Below, piece after piece: positions 1 through 8,958 of a DNA stretch of 39,963 nt. The number at the start of each line of letters is the position of its first letter. The first letter of the stretch is position 1. The notes beneath the pieces were generated by a model. That model did not search any database. It was given only the letters and a program-made list of their open reading frames with translations, and was not told the DNA's origin. The position numbers and the translations under genes were made by a program. The DNA is taken from sequence record SRR2962707_1872, one strand, 5' to 3'.

Positions 1-1
1 G

Positions 2-643
<642 letters not shown>

Positions 644-646
644 CCG

Positions 647-1405
647 ATGCCCGGCGACTGGAGACCTGACTTAAGCGGCCATGTTGCCTTTGTGACCGGA
701 GCAAGCTCTGGCTTGGGACGGCGCGCGGCACTGGTTCTGTCGCAGGCGGGGGCCAATGTCATTGCTGTCGCCAGACGGGCAGAAGCCCTGGAGTCGTTGC
801 AGTCCGAGGGACAGGGCAAGATTGTCGCCATGCCTTTTGATCTGAGCAACCGTGAGAGTTTGGCTGATCTTGCAACCCGGGCGGCAGCGCCGTTTGGCGC
901 GCCGGACATTTTGGTTCACGCAGCAGGCATCAATACGCGTGAAGCGGCGGACGATGTGACCCCCGAAAACTGGGACATCACACTGAATCTGAACCTTTCA
1001 GTCCCGTTTTTTCTGTCTCAGCACATGGTGCCGGGAATGCGTGAAAAAGGGTGGGGGCGGATCGTCAATTTTGCCTCTTTACAATCGCACCGCGCCTTTC
1101 CGGGTGGCCTTAGCTATGGGGCCTCCAAGGGCGGGGTTGCTCAGTTGACCCGAGCCATGGCCGAAGCTTGGTCACGCGATGGCATCGCCGTGAATGCAAT
1201 TGGTCCGGGGTTCTTTCGGACTGAACTGACGGCGGCGGTTTTTAATGACCCTGCTCGCGCCGCACGCAATGCCGACCAAACCTGTATGGGCCGCAATGGT
1301 GAGCCCGAAGACATTGATGGGCCGTTACTTTTCTTCTGTTCTGACGCCTGCGGTTTTGTCACGGGCCAAGTCCTGATGGTCGACGGAGGATTTACCGCAA
1401 AATGA
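647..1405 (+). CDS. hpsO: SDR-family DHPS dehydrogenase HpsO
   Basis: TGASSGLG Rossmann motif, YGASK catalytic motif, VNAIGPG, C-terminal VDGG; lies between hpsN and a Zn-dehydrogenase as in hpsNOP. Confidence 0.8.
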   Translation: MPGDWRPDLSGHVAFVTGASSGLGRRAALVLSQAGANVIAVARRAEALESLQSEGQGKIVAMPFDLSNRESLADLATRAAAPFGAPDILVHAAGINTREAADDVTPENWDITLNLNLSVPFFLSQHMVPGMREKGWGRIVNFASLQSHRAFPGGLSYGASKGGVAQLTRAMAEAWSRDGIAVNAIGPGFFRTELTAAVFNDPARAARNADQTCMGRNGEPEDIDGPLLFFCSDACGFVTGQVLMVDGGFTAK

Positions 1406-2388
1406 AAGCGCTTGTTTATACCGGTCCCGAACAACTTGAGTATCGCGACGTCGACGATCCAATCGTCCCGGATGATCATCATCTGATCCGTATCGACAGT
1501 GTCGGTATCTGTGGCTCTGATATGCATGCATATCTGGGGCACGACGATCGGCGCCCGGCACCGTTGATTTTGGGACACGAAGGGGCAGGGACGGTCGTTG
1601 ACGGCCCAATGTCAGGAACCCGTGTGACCATTAACCCTTTGGTGACGTGTGGCACCTGTCGAGCCTGTGCTTCGGGCCGCGAAAACCTTTGTAGTACCCG
1701 GCAGATTATTTCAATGGCACCGCGACAAGGCGCGTTTGCGCAATATGTCGCCATGCCGGAACGCAACCTTGTGGCCGTTCCGGATAACATGTCGCTGGAA
1801 AAGGCGTCTTTGGCGGAACCTGTTGCCGTCGGATGGCATGCTGTGCGTCTCGGGATTGAGGCGCTTTCGGCGGACAGAGTGGAAACAGCCCTCGTCATAG
1901 GAGGCGGTGCGATTGGTGTGGCCTCTGCGATCAGCTTGATTGCGCAGGGCGTGCCGCAGGTGACGTTGGTTGAGCCAAATGATCTGCGACGGACCTATTT
2001 GAATTTGAATCACAAAGTCACTGTGTTGTCCCCACAAAGGATAAAAGGTCAACTGTTTGATATTACGCTTGATTGCGTTGGGTATGACGCCACCCGTGCC
2101 ATGGCGAGCGCCGGAACGCGCCCTGGGGGTGTTATCCTTCATGTCGGTCTTGGGGGCGGCAATGCCGGGCTCGATATCCGTCGAGTGACGCTGCAAGAAA
2201 TCGCCTTCATCGGAACCTACACCTACACGGCTCAGGATTTTCGAGACACCTGTGCTGCGATGTTCGATGGGCGACTTGGCCCGCTGGACTGGACCGAAGC
2301 GCGCCCTCTCAGCAGCGGAGACAGCGCTTTCAAAGAAATCCGGGCAGGCTTGATTGCCGCCCCGAAAATCATCCTCAAACCCGCATAA
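1402..2388 (+). CDS. hpsP: Zn-dependent medium-chain dehydrogenase HpsP
   Basis: GICGSD, LGHEG, structural Zn motif CGTCRACASGRENLC, GGGAIG; ATGA overlap with hpsO stop. Confidence 0.8.
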   Translation: MKALVYTGPEQLEYRDVDDPIVPDDHHLIRIDSVGICGSDMHAYLGHDDRRPAPLILGHEGAGTVVDGPMSGTRVTINPLVTCGTCRACASGRENLCSTRQIISMAPRQGAFAQYVAMPERNLVAVPDNMSLEKASLAEPVAVGWHAVRLGIEALSADRVETALVIGGGAIGVASAISLIAQGVPQVTLVEPNDLRRTYLNLNHKVTVLSPQRIKGQLFDITLDCVGYDATRAMASAGTRPGGVILHVGLGGGNAGLDIRRVTLQEIAFIGTYTYTAQDFRDTCAAMFDGRLGPLDWTEARPLSSGDSAFKEIRAGLIAAPKIILKPA

Positions 2389-2400
2389 CCGGAGAGTTTT

Positions 2401-2712
2401 ATGCCCGATTCCAAACCCATTCCCAACGAGATTCCGCACTTACTCGTCCATGAAGAAGCCGACAATGTCGGTGTCGTCGTGGTCGAGGGGCTGACTGCCG
2501 GCACCGATATGTTGTGCTGTATTACACATGACAATTCGACCTTTCGGTTGACCTCTAATCATGATGTTCCAATCGGTCACAAGATTGCTTTGACGGACCT
2601 AAAGGCAGGCGACACCGCCATGAAGTACGGCGAAGACATTGGCAAAATCACTGCTGATATCGGCCAGGGCGAGCACGTCCACACACATAATTGCAAAACC
2701 AAACGCTGGTAA
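2401..2712 (+). CDS. suyA: (R)-sulfolactate sulfo-lyase small subunit (SAF domain, UxaA N-terminal-like)
   Basis: [30 protein letters not shown] motifs; GGAGAG SD; paired with the large subunit gene downstream. Confidence 0.88.
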   Translation: MPDSKPIPNEIPHLLVHEEADNVGVVVVEGLTAGTDMLCCITHDNSTFRLTSNHDVPIGHKIALTDLKAGDTAMKYGEDIGKITADIGQGEHVHTHNCKTKRW

Positions 2713-2722
2713 GGACCTCAAA

Positions 2723-3904
2723 ATGGCATCGAATTTTTCCGACATCACTGTTCATGGGTACCGGCGCGAAAATGGCCGGGTTGGCGTGCGTAACCACGTT
2801 ATCATCCTTCCTGTGGACGATATTTCAAACGCGGCATGCGAAGCCGTGGCCAACAACGTTAAAGGCACAATGGCGATCCCGCATGCCTATGGCCGCTTGC
2901 AGTTTGGCGAAGATTTGGACGTTCATTTCCGCACAATCATCGGAACTGGCGCCAACGCCAATGTTGCTGCGGTCGTTGTGATTGGGATCGAACCCGGCTG
3001 GACGAAGAAAATTGCCGATGGCATTCGCCTGACTGGCAAACCAGTTGCCGAGTTTTCGATCGAACAAAAAGGGGACTTTGAGACAATTCGCGCGGCCTCT
3101 TGGGCAGCCAAAGAATTTGTTCACCACGCAACAGAAATGCAGCGCGAAGAGTGTTCAATCAACGAGCTTTGGATTTCGACCAAATGCGGCGAGAGCGACA
3201 CGACAACCGGTCTTGGATCCTGTCCGACTGTTGGCAACATGTACGACAAACTCTTACCTCTTGGGATCACGGGGTTCTTTGGTGAAACATCAGAGATCAC
3301 GGGCGCAGAGCATATTTGCAAAGAGCGCGCGGCGACGCCCGAAGTCGGTGAACGCTGGTACAAAATGTGGAAGGCGTATCAGGATGATGTGATCTTTGCA
3401 CATCAGACGGATGACCTGTCAGACAGCCAGCCGACCAAAGGCAATATCGAAGGTGGTTTGACCACGATCGAAGAGAAAGCCCTTGGAAATCTTGAGAAAA
3501 TTGGCCGGACGTCGCAATATATCGACATTTTGGAGCCAGCCGAAGCCCCAGGTAAAGGCAACGGGTTGTACTTTATGGATTCATCATCGGCAGCAGCCGA
3601 ATGCGTGACGCTCATGGCGGCTGGCGGTGCTGTGATCCACACGTTCCCAACCGGGCAGGGCAACGTTGTCGGGAACCCCATTGTGCCGGTGATCAAGATC
3701 ACAGCCAATCCTCGGACGGTAAGAACCATGTCCGAGCATGTTGATGTTGATGTGTCTGGTGTGCTGCGACGCGAGCAGACAATTGACGAAGCTGGGGATG
3801 CCTTGATCGAAATGATCCGTCGTACCGCCAACGGCCGCAACACAGCTGCCGAAGCTTTGGGACACCGAGAATTCTCGATGACCAAATTGTATCGAAGCGC
3901 CTAA
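2723..3904 (+). CDS. suyB: (R)-sulfolactate sulfo-lyase large subunit (UxaA/GarD family)
   Basis: Start reassigned to ATG 2723 (AAGGA SD). [44 protein letters not shown] motifs; split UxaA architecture in a sulfonate cluster. Confidence 0.9.
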   Translation: MASNFSDITVHGYRRENGRVGVRNHVIILPVDDISNAACEAVANNVKGTMAIPHAYGRLQFGEDLDVHFRTIIGTGANANVAAVVVIGIEPGWTKKIADGIRLTGKPVAEFSIEQKGDFETIRAASWAAKEFVHHATEMQREECSINELWISTKCGESDTTTGLGSCPTVGNMYDKLLPLGITGFFGETSEITGAEHICKERAATPEVGERWYKMWKAYQDDVIFAHQTDDLSDSQPTKGNIEGGLTTIEEKALGNLEKIGRTSQYIDILEPAEAPGKGNGLYFMDSSSAAAECVTLMAAGGAVIHTFPTGQGNVVGNPIVPVIKITANPRTVRTMSEHVDVDVSGVLRREQTIDEAGDALIEMIRRTANGRNTAAEALGHREFSMTKLYRSA

Positions 3905-3913
3905 GGGCAATTT

Positions 3914-3944
3914 GGGTGGCCCATGCAGGTGGGCCATCTTTTTC
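3914..3944 (+). terminator. Putative intrinsic terminator/stem-loop after suyB
   Basis: GGGTGGCCCA-TGCAGG-TGGGCCATCT stem followed by a T run, about 10 nt after the suyB stop. Confidence 0.55.
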
Positions 3945-3967
3945 ATATCAGGCGCGAGGGTTTCCAA

Positions 3968-4978
3968 ATGGGCGAAAAAACCCGGATTAGCATTTCAGAA
4001 GCGACCACTTTAATTGAGGCCGCATTGAGCGCCGCAGAGGTCTCAGGGCCGGTTGCTAAATCTGTGGCTGACGCGCTTGTCGCTGCCGAGGCAGAAGGCC
4101 AGGTCGGTCATGGGTTTTCGCGACTTGGTGACTACGTTGCGCAAGTTCGATCTGGTAAGATCAATCGCAACGCTGAGATAACGACTGTCGCGCGCAGCCC
4201 TGCCTCCGTTTTGATCGACGCAGATCAGGGGTTTGCCTTTCCTGCTTTGAACACGGCGTTGGAGGTCGGCACGCCGCTGGTGGACAAATTCGGCATCGCC
4301 ATTATGGCCGTGGTCAATTCGCACCATTGCGGCGCGCTGTCCGTTCAGGTCGAAAAGATCGCCCGTGCGGGCTTTATCGGTATCATGCTTGCCAATACGC
4401 CCAAGGCGATTGCGCCATGGGGGGGGCGGGCACCGATTTTTGGCACCAATCCAATTGCCTTTGCGACACCACAAGCGGTTGGGGACCCTTTGGTCATTGA
4501 TCTTTCAATGTCACAGGTTGCGCGGGGAAAGGTTATGAATGCCCACAAGTCTAACAAACCGATCCCGCTTGGTTGGGCGCTGGATGCGCAAGGTCAACCC
4601 ACAACAGATGCAAAGGCGGCACTTGATGGAACCATGGTGCCTATCGGAGAGGCCAAGGGTACTGCCCTAGCCCTAATGGTCGAAATTCTTGCCGCGGCGT
4701 TTACCGGCAGCGCTTTTAGCGCTGAGGCCGGATCGTTTTTTTCCGAAGAGGGCCCCGCACCAAGGGTGGGGCAGACTTTGATTGCCATTCGTCCGGATGC
4801 CAGCTCTGACTATCTGGGTCGTGTCAGCGACTTGCTTGAGGTCATACAAAATACCGAAGGCGCCCGTCTTCCGGGGGACAGGCGTCGCAAGGCACTCCAT
4901 GCGGCCCAAAATGACGGGATTTGGGTCCCGCAACATTACCTTCAACTTGCAGAAAAATTGGCGAATTCAGCCTCTTAA
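3968..4978 (+). CDS. comC: (2R)-3-sulfolactate dehydrogenase ComC-like (Ldh_2 / type-2 malate-lactate dehydrogenase family)
   Basis: Start reassigned to ATG 3968 (GAGGG SD). GHGFSRL, SHHCGAL, GTNPIAF, KGTALALMVE, RLPG motifs; sulfonate context. Confidence 0.78.
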   Translation: MGEKTRISISEATTLIEAALSAAEVSGPVAKSVADALVAAEAEGQVGHGFSRLGDYVAQVRSGKINRNAEITTVARSPASVLIDADQGFAFPALNTALEVGTPLVDKFGIAIMAVVNSHHCGALSVQVEKIARAGFIGIMLANTPKAIAPWGGRAPIFGTNPIAFATPQAVGDPLVIDLSMSQVARGKVMNAHKSNKPIPLGWALDAQGQPTTDAKAALDGTMVPIGEAKGTALALMVEILAAAFTGSAFSAEAGSFFSEEGPAPRVGQTLIAIRPDASSDYLGRVSDLLEVIQNTEGARLPGDRRRKALHAAQNDGIWVPQHYLQLAEKLANSAS

Positions 4979-5051
4979 GTCATGCCTTCGGGGCCAACAG
5001 GACATATTTACTTTGAATACACTTACCTTCTTTTCTGGTTGGAATGCGCAA

Positions 5052-6041
5052 ATGCGATCCTACCTGCCTGGTGTTCTTGTGGCGGTTATTATCGCCTTGG
5101 CGAGCAAGTTTGTGTCAGAGCATTACGGCGCACCGTCGATGTTACTGGCGCTCTTGTTTGGGATCAGTTTGAACTTCTTGGCCGATGATCCGAACTGTGG
5201 GCCGGGTATTGCTTTAAGTGCCCGCACGTTATTGCGTTTGGGCGTTGCTTTGCTGGGTCTACGGGTGAGTTTTGAAATGGTTGGCATGCTCGGTTGGCCG
5301 ATCGTTGCCATGGTGGTGTTGATGGTTCCGATAACGATCGGGTTCGGCCTAATCGCGTCGCGCTTGTTCGGATTTCGCTACCGTTTTGCCTTTTTGTCAG
5401 CTGGTGCTGTAGCGATCTGTGGGGCGTCGGCGGCGTTGGCCATTGCAGCGATCCTGCCGAAAGACGAAAAATCTGATGATCGACTGGTTTTTACCGTGGT
5501 TGGGGTGACGATTTTATCGACCATTGCAATGATTGTTTATCCAATCCTGATCCAAGCCCTTGGCTTCGATGATTTGAGGGCCGGCATCTATCTTGGGGCG
5601 ACAATCCATGATGTGGCCCAAGTGGTCGGCGCCGGATTTTCGATTTCTGAACAAGCCGGAGAGACCGCAACCCTTGTAAAGCTTTTGCGCGTCGCGATGT
5701 TGGCGCCTGTGGTCATTGTGGCGTCGATCATTCTTCGCGGCAGCTCGACACAGGAAATCACGGGTAAACGCCCGCCTTTGATCCCGGGGTTTGTCCTGGC
5801 GTTTATCCTTCTCGCCACAGTGAATTCTCTTGTGACCTTGCCTGCAAGCATTCTTAGTTTTGCTGTGGAGGGATCTGGTTGGTTGTTGCTGACGGCGATT
5901 GCCGCCGTCGGGTTGAAAACACGGCCAGCAGAGATTGCCAAGGTTGGCAAACCCGCGGCCGCCCTCTTGGTTTCAGAAACACTGTTCTTGGCAATCATGG
6001 TTTTGATCGCGCTCACGTTGTTGCCAATCACCGCCCTTTGA
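5052..6041 (+). CDS. YeiH/TauZ/SuyZ-type putative sulfite/sulfate exporter
   Basis: About 10 hydrophobic segments; LLRLGVALLG, AICGASAA, GATIHDVAQVVGAG, KLLRV motifs. Start ATG 5052, or in-frame TTG 5013 behind AGGA. Confidence 0.8.
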   Translation: MRSYLPGVLVAVIIALASKFVSEHYGAPSMLLALLFGISLNFLADDPNCGPGIALSARTLLRLGVALLGLRVSFEMVGMLGWPIVAMVVLMVPITIGFGLIASRLFGFRYRFAFLSAGAVAICGASAALAIAAILPKDEKSDDRLVFTVVGVTILSTIAMIVYPILIQALGFDDLRAGIYLGATIHDVAQVVGAGFSISEQAGETATLVKLLRVAMLAPVVIVASIILRGSSTQEITGKRPPLIPGFVLAFILLATVNSLVTLPASILSFAVEGSGWLLLTAIAAVGLKTRPAEIAKVGKPAAALLVSETLFLAIMVLIALTLLPITAL

Positions 6042-6066
6042 AATGATGAAATAGGAGATCTGATCC

Positions 6067-6474
6067 ATGCCCAATACGATACTTATCCCAGTTGCCATTG
6101 ACCACTCGGCTTTGGTCGCGCAAAAAATAAATGTGGCGCGTCAGATGCTTGACCAAGAGGGGCGCATCATCTTGCTAACGGTTCTTGAACAAATCCCCGG
6201 TTTCGCGGCAGAGTTCGTAACAGTCAAAACGGAAAACCATCTGACAGACAAAATCTTGGCTAAACTAAATGCTGCTGCTGGGGATGCGTCGGATATTGAA
6301 AGTAAGGTTACAACAGGAAAACCCGGTGTGCGTATTCCAGAAGTAGCGCGCGAAATGGGCGCCGATCTGATAATTGTCGGTGCGCACAATCCCAGCGCAA
6401 TGGACTACTTTCTAGGGTCCACGGCGTCGCGTGTTGCCCGCCGGGCACCGTGTTCGGTCTATATTCTTCGCTAG
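6067..6474 (+). CDS. Universal stress protein (Usp family)
   Basis: N-terminal TILIP, ADLIIVGAH, FLGSTASRVARRAPCSV; AGGAG SD. Confidence 0.9.
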   Translation: MPNTILIPVAIDHSALVAQKINVARQMLDQEGRIILLTVLEQIPGFAAEFVTVKTENHLTDKILAKLNAAAGDASDIESKVTTGKPGVRIPEVAREMGADLIIVGAHNPSAMDYFLGSTASRVARRAPCSVYILR

Positions 6475-6527
6475 GTTAGTGTCAGATGGATCTTAGTGGT
6501 CTATCGTCCTGTTAAGGAGTATTAAGC

Positions 6528-7463
6528 GTGGCAAAATCAAAAACCGTTTTGAACCCGCCGAAGTCGTCCAAGGGCAAAGACCAAAAACCTGATATCTCTG
6601 CCCCAGGCCAAGGGGATGGCTCGCGCCTGAACGACCAATCATATGATGGTCGCAGGCTGTCCTATGCCACCACCTTTACCAATCCGGTTCAGCAATTCAT
6701 CATTCAACTGATTGAGCTGTTGACAGCAAAGCCGTATCTTTTGCGCCGTATTCGAAAGTTTGAGGCAATGGGTGTCCCGGACGGCCAGCCTTTTTGGGGG
6801 CAGGCGCTCTCAGTTATGGGGATTGATATTCAAACCCCGGCAGAAGAAATATCCCGGATTCCAAAGAGTGGACCCTTGGTTATTACTGCAAACCATCCTC
6901 ATGGTCTGGTGGATGGCATGGTTCTGGCTGAGATTATTGGGCGGGTGCGTACGGACTATAAAATTCTGACACGGTCATTATTGACGGGGGTCGGAGAGAT
7001 CGACCAATTCATGTTGCCAGTTCCCTTTGGACACGATCCTGAGGCGCTGGCAAAGAACATTGAAATGCGCCGTCTGGCGATGAAACACCTCGCAGATGGT
7101 GGTGTGATTGTGTTGTTTCCGTCCGGCGTCGTAGCGTCTTCGGACAGTTGGTTTGGCCCGGTGATTGAGCGGGATTGGAATGCGTTCACGGCAAAAATGA
7201 TCCAACGTTCCGGTGCAAGTGTTTTGCCGATAAAGTTTCCCGGGCAAAACAGTCGCGCTTATCAGATTGCAAATCTGGTTTCTGCGACGCTTCGACAGGG
7301 GCTGTTACTGTACGAAGTCAGACATGCTTTTCACAAACCTCAGCGTCCTATTATCGGACAGAGTTTAAGTTCTTTGGAATTAGAGCGTTGGAAAGGTGAT
7401 CCAATGGGCTTTATGCGATGGTTGCGAGATCAAACACTGTCGTTGAGTGCAAAGTCCGACTGA
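6528..7463 (+). CDS. Lysophospholipid acyltransferase superfamily protein (PlsC-like)
   Basis: ANHPHGLVDG and LFPSG acyltransferase motifs; AAGGAG SD before GTG. Confidence 0.8.
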   Translation: MAKSKTVLNPPKSSKGKDQKPDISAPGQGDGSRLNDQSYDGRRLSYATTFTNPVQQFIIQLIELLTAKPYLLRRIRKFEAMGVPDGQPFWGQALSVMGIDIQTPAEEISRIPKSGPLVITANHPHGLVDGMVLAEIIGRVRTDYKILTRSLLTGVGEIDQFMLPVPFGHDPEALAKNIEMRRLAMKHLADGGVIVLFPSGVVASSDSWFGPVIERDWNAFTAKMIQRSGASVLPIKFPGQNSRAYQIANLVSATLRQGLLLYEVRHAFHKPQRPIIGQSLSSLELERWKGDPMGFMRWLRDQTLSLSAKSD

Positions 7464-7929
7464 GCCTTTAAACGTCTGATAGCCTTCAGTGGGTACTTCA
7501 CTTGTTCGTTCGATTTAGGGCTCTCAAAACCAAGGTATCGATCTTATAAGGCATTCGCTTGTCGGTTCAATGTGTTGATTTTAAGAGAAAAACCTTGAAG
7601 TGGATGTTGCGGGTAATTTGCGGTCTAATGTGCTTTTAGGTCCTCAGTCTTGGCAACTTTCAGAGTTTAAGGAATTCGGTCCGCGCCGTTTTCAATGAGT
7701 CTTTCGTTTGTTACTTCGAAGCAGCTCAAAGGTTTTTTCATTTTGACTAAAAATAATGCACTTTCCTTTCGTTTTTCTTCCCAAACTCGAAAATATCGCT
7801 AAGCTAAACTAATATCTTACATTCGGACCGCTCTGAGATTGCGGCCGGAAGGGTCTCTTCGAAAACAAAAAAATGACGTTGGGAACCCAAAACAAAGAGT
7901 CCAAAGGGCTCGCACTAGGGAGGACGACT

Positions 7930-8955
7930 ATGAGAAAAGTAAGTATGCTTGCGGTCACGTCGATCGTTGCTTTGACGGCCGGGGTTTCGGCGGCTCAGGC
8001 GGATAAGTTGACACTGTATTGCTCCGCTCAGGAAGATTGGTGCCAGTTGATGGCGCGTAGTTTCGAAGATGCGACGGGCATTGATGTGAATATGACGCGT
8101 AAATCTTCGGGCGAGACTTTTGCTCAGATCAAAGCTGAATCGGCTAATCCCAAGGGCGATGTGTGGTGGGGCGGCACGGGTGATCCGCACTTGCAGGCCG
8201 CAGAAGAGAACCTGACGGCGGCGTATGTCTCTCCGATGCGCTCAGAACTCCATGACTGGGCTATTTCGCAGGCGACAAGTGCCGGTGATAAAACGATCGG
8301 CATCTATTCTGGTGCACTGGGATATGGCTATAACACTGACCTTCTGGCCGCCAATAATCTGGCAGAGCCGGGGTGTTGGAAGGACCTTCTGAAGCCGGAA
8401 TATAAGGGCCATGTTCAAATGGCGAACCCGAATTCCTCTGGCACGGCATATACAACGCTTGCGTCCATGGTTCAGATTTTCGGAGAGGATGAAGGCTTTG
8501 AGTTCATGAAGGGCCTTCATGCCAATATCAACCAGTACACAAAATCTGGCTCGGCACCGATCAAGGCTGCCGGACGCGGTGAAAATACCATTGGCATTGT
8601 GTTTATGCATGACGCCGTGAAACAGGCCGTCAGCGGTTTCCCGGTCAAAGTTGTCGCGCCTTGCGAAGGCACGGGTTATGAAATCGGCTCAATGTCCATC
8701 ATCGATGGCGCACGCAATATGGACGAAGCCAAGAAGTTCTATGACTGGGCGCTTTCGACCGATGCACAGAACCTTGCGCTGCAAGTGAATGCATTCCAGG
8801 TGCCCTCAAATATGGGCGCAGACACGTCACCATCAGCCCCGGATATGTCGACAATCAAACTGATCGACTACGACTTTAAGAAATACGGGTCGTCTACGGA
8901 GCGGAAACGCTTGCTGCAAAAATGGGACGAAGACGTCTCTACATTGCCGCAGTAA
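7930..8955 (+). CDS. ABC substrate-binding protein, AfuA-like (usually annotated Fe3+; probably sugar-phosphate)
   Basis: Start reassigned to ATG 7930 (GGGAGG SD); signal peptide ending AAQA; SSGE, WWGGTGDPH, NPNSSGTAY, GYEIG motifs. Confidence 0.8.
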   Translation: MRKVSMLAVTSIVALTAGVSAAQADKLTLYCSAQEDWCQLMARSFEDATGIDVNMTRKSSGETFAQIKAESANPKGDVWWGGTGDPHLQAAEENLTAAYVSPMRSELHDWAISQATSAGDKTIGIYSGALGYGYNTDLLAANNLAEPGCWKDLLKPEYKGHVQMANPNSSGTAYTTLASMVQIFGEDEGFEFMKGLHANINQYTKSGSAPIKAAGRGENTIGIVFMHDAVKQAVSGFPVKVVAPCEGTGYEIGSMSIIDGARNMDEAKKFYDWALSTDAQNLALQVNAFQVPSNMGADTSPSAPDMSTIKLIDYDFKKYGSSTERKRLLQKWDEDVSTLPQ

Positions 8956-8958
8956 ACC

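Noticed and set aside
2401..3904. Altronate/galactarate dehydratase (uxaA/garD)
   Set aside because: The split two-gene form inside a sulfonate cluster fits SuyAB better.
4782..5051. N-terminal extension of the exporter ORF in the ORF track
   Set aside because: Overlaps comC by about 200 nt and is not membrane-protein-like. Over-long starts were likewise trimmed for suyB, comC, the Afu-like binding protein, IMPase, PotA-like ATPase, doeD, doeB, the serine hydrolase and AraC.
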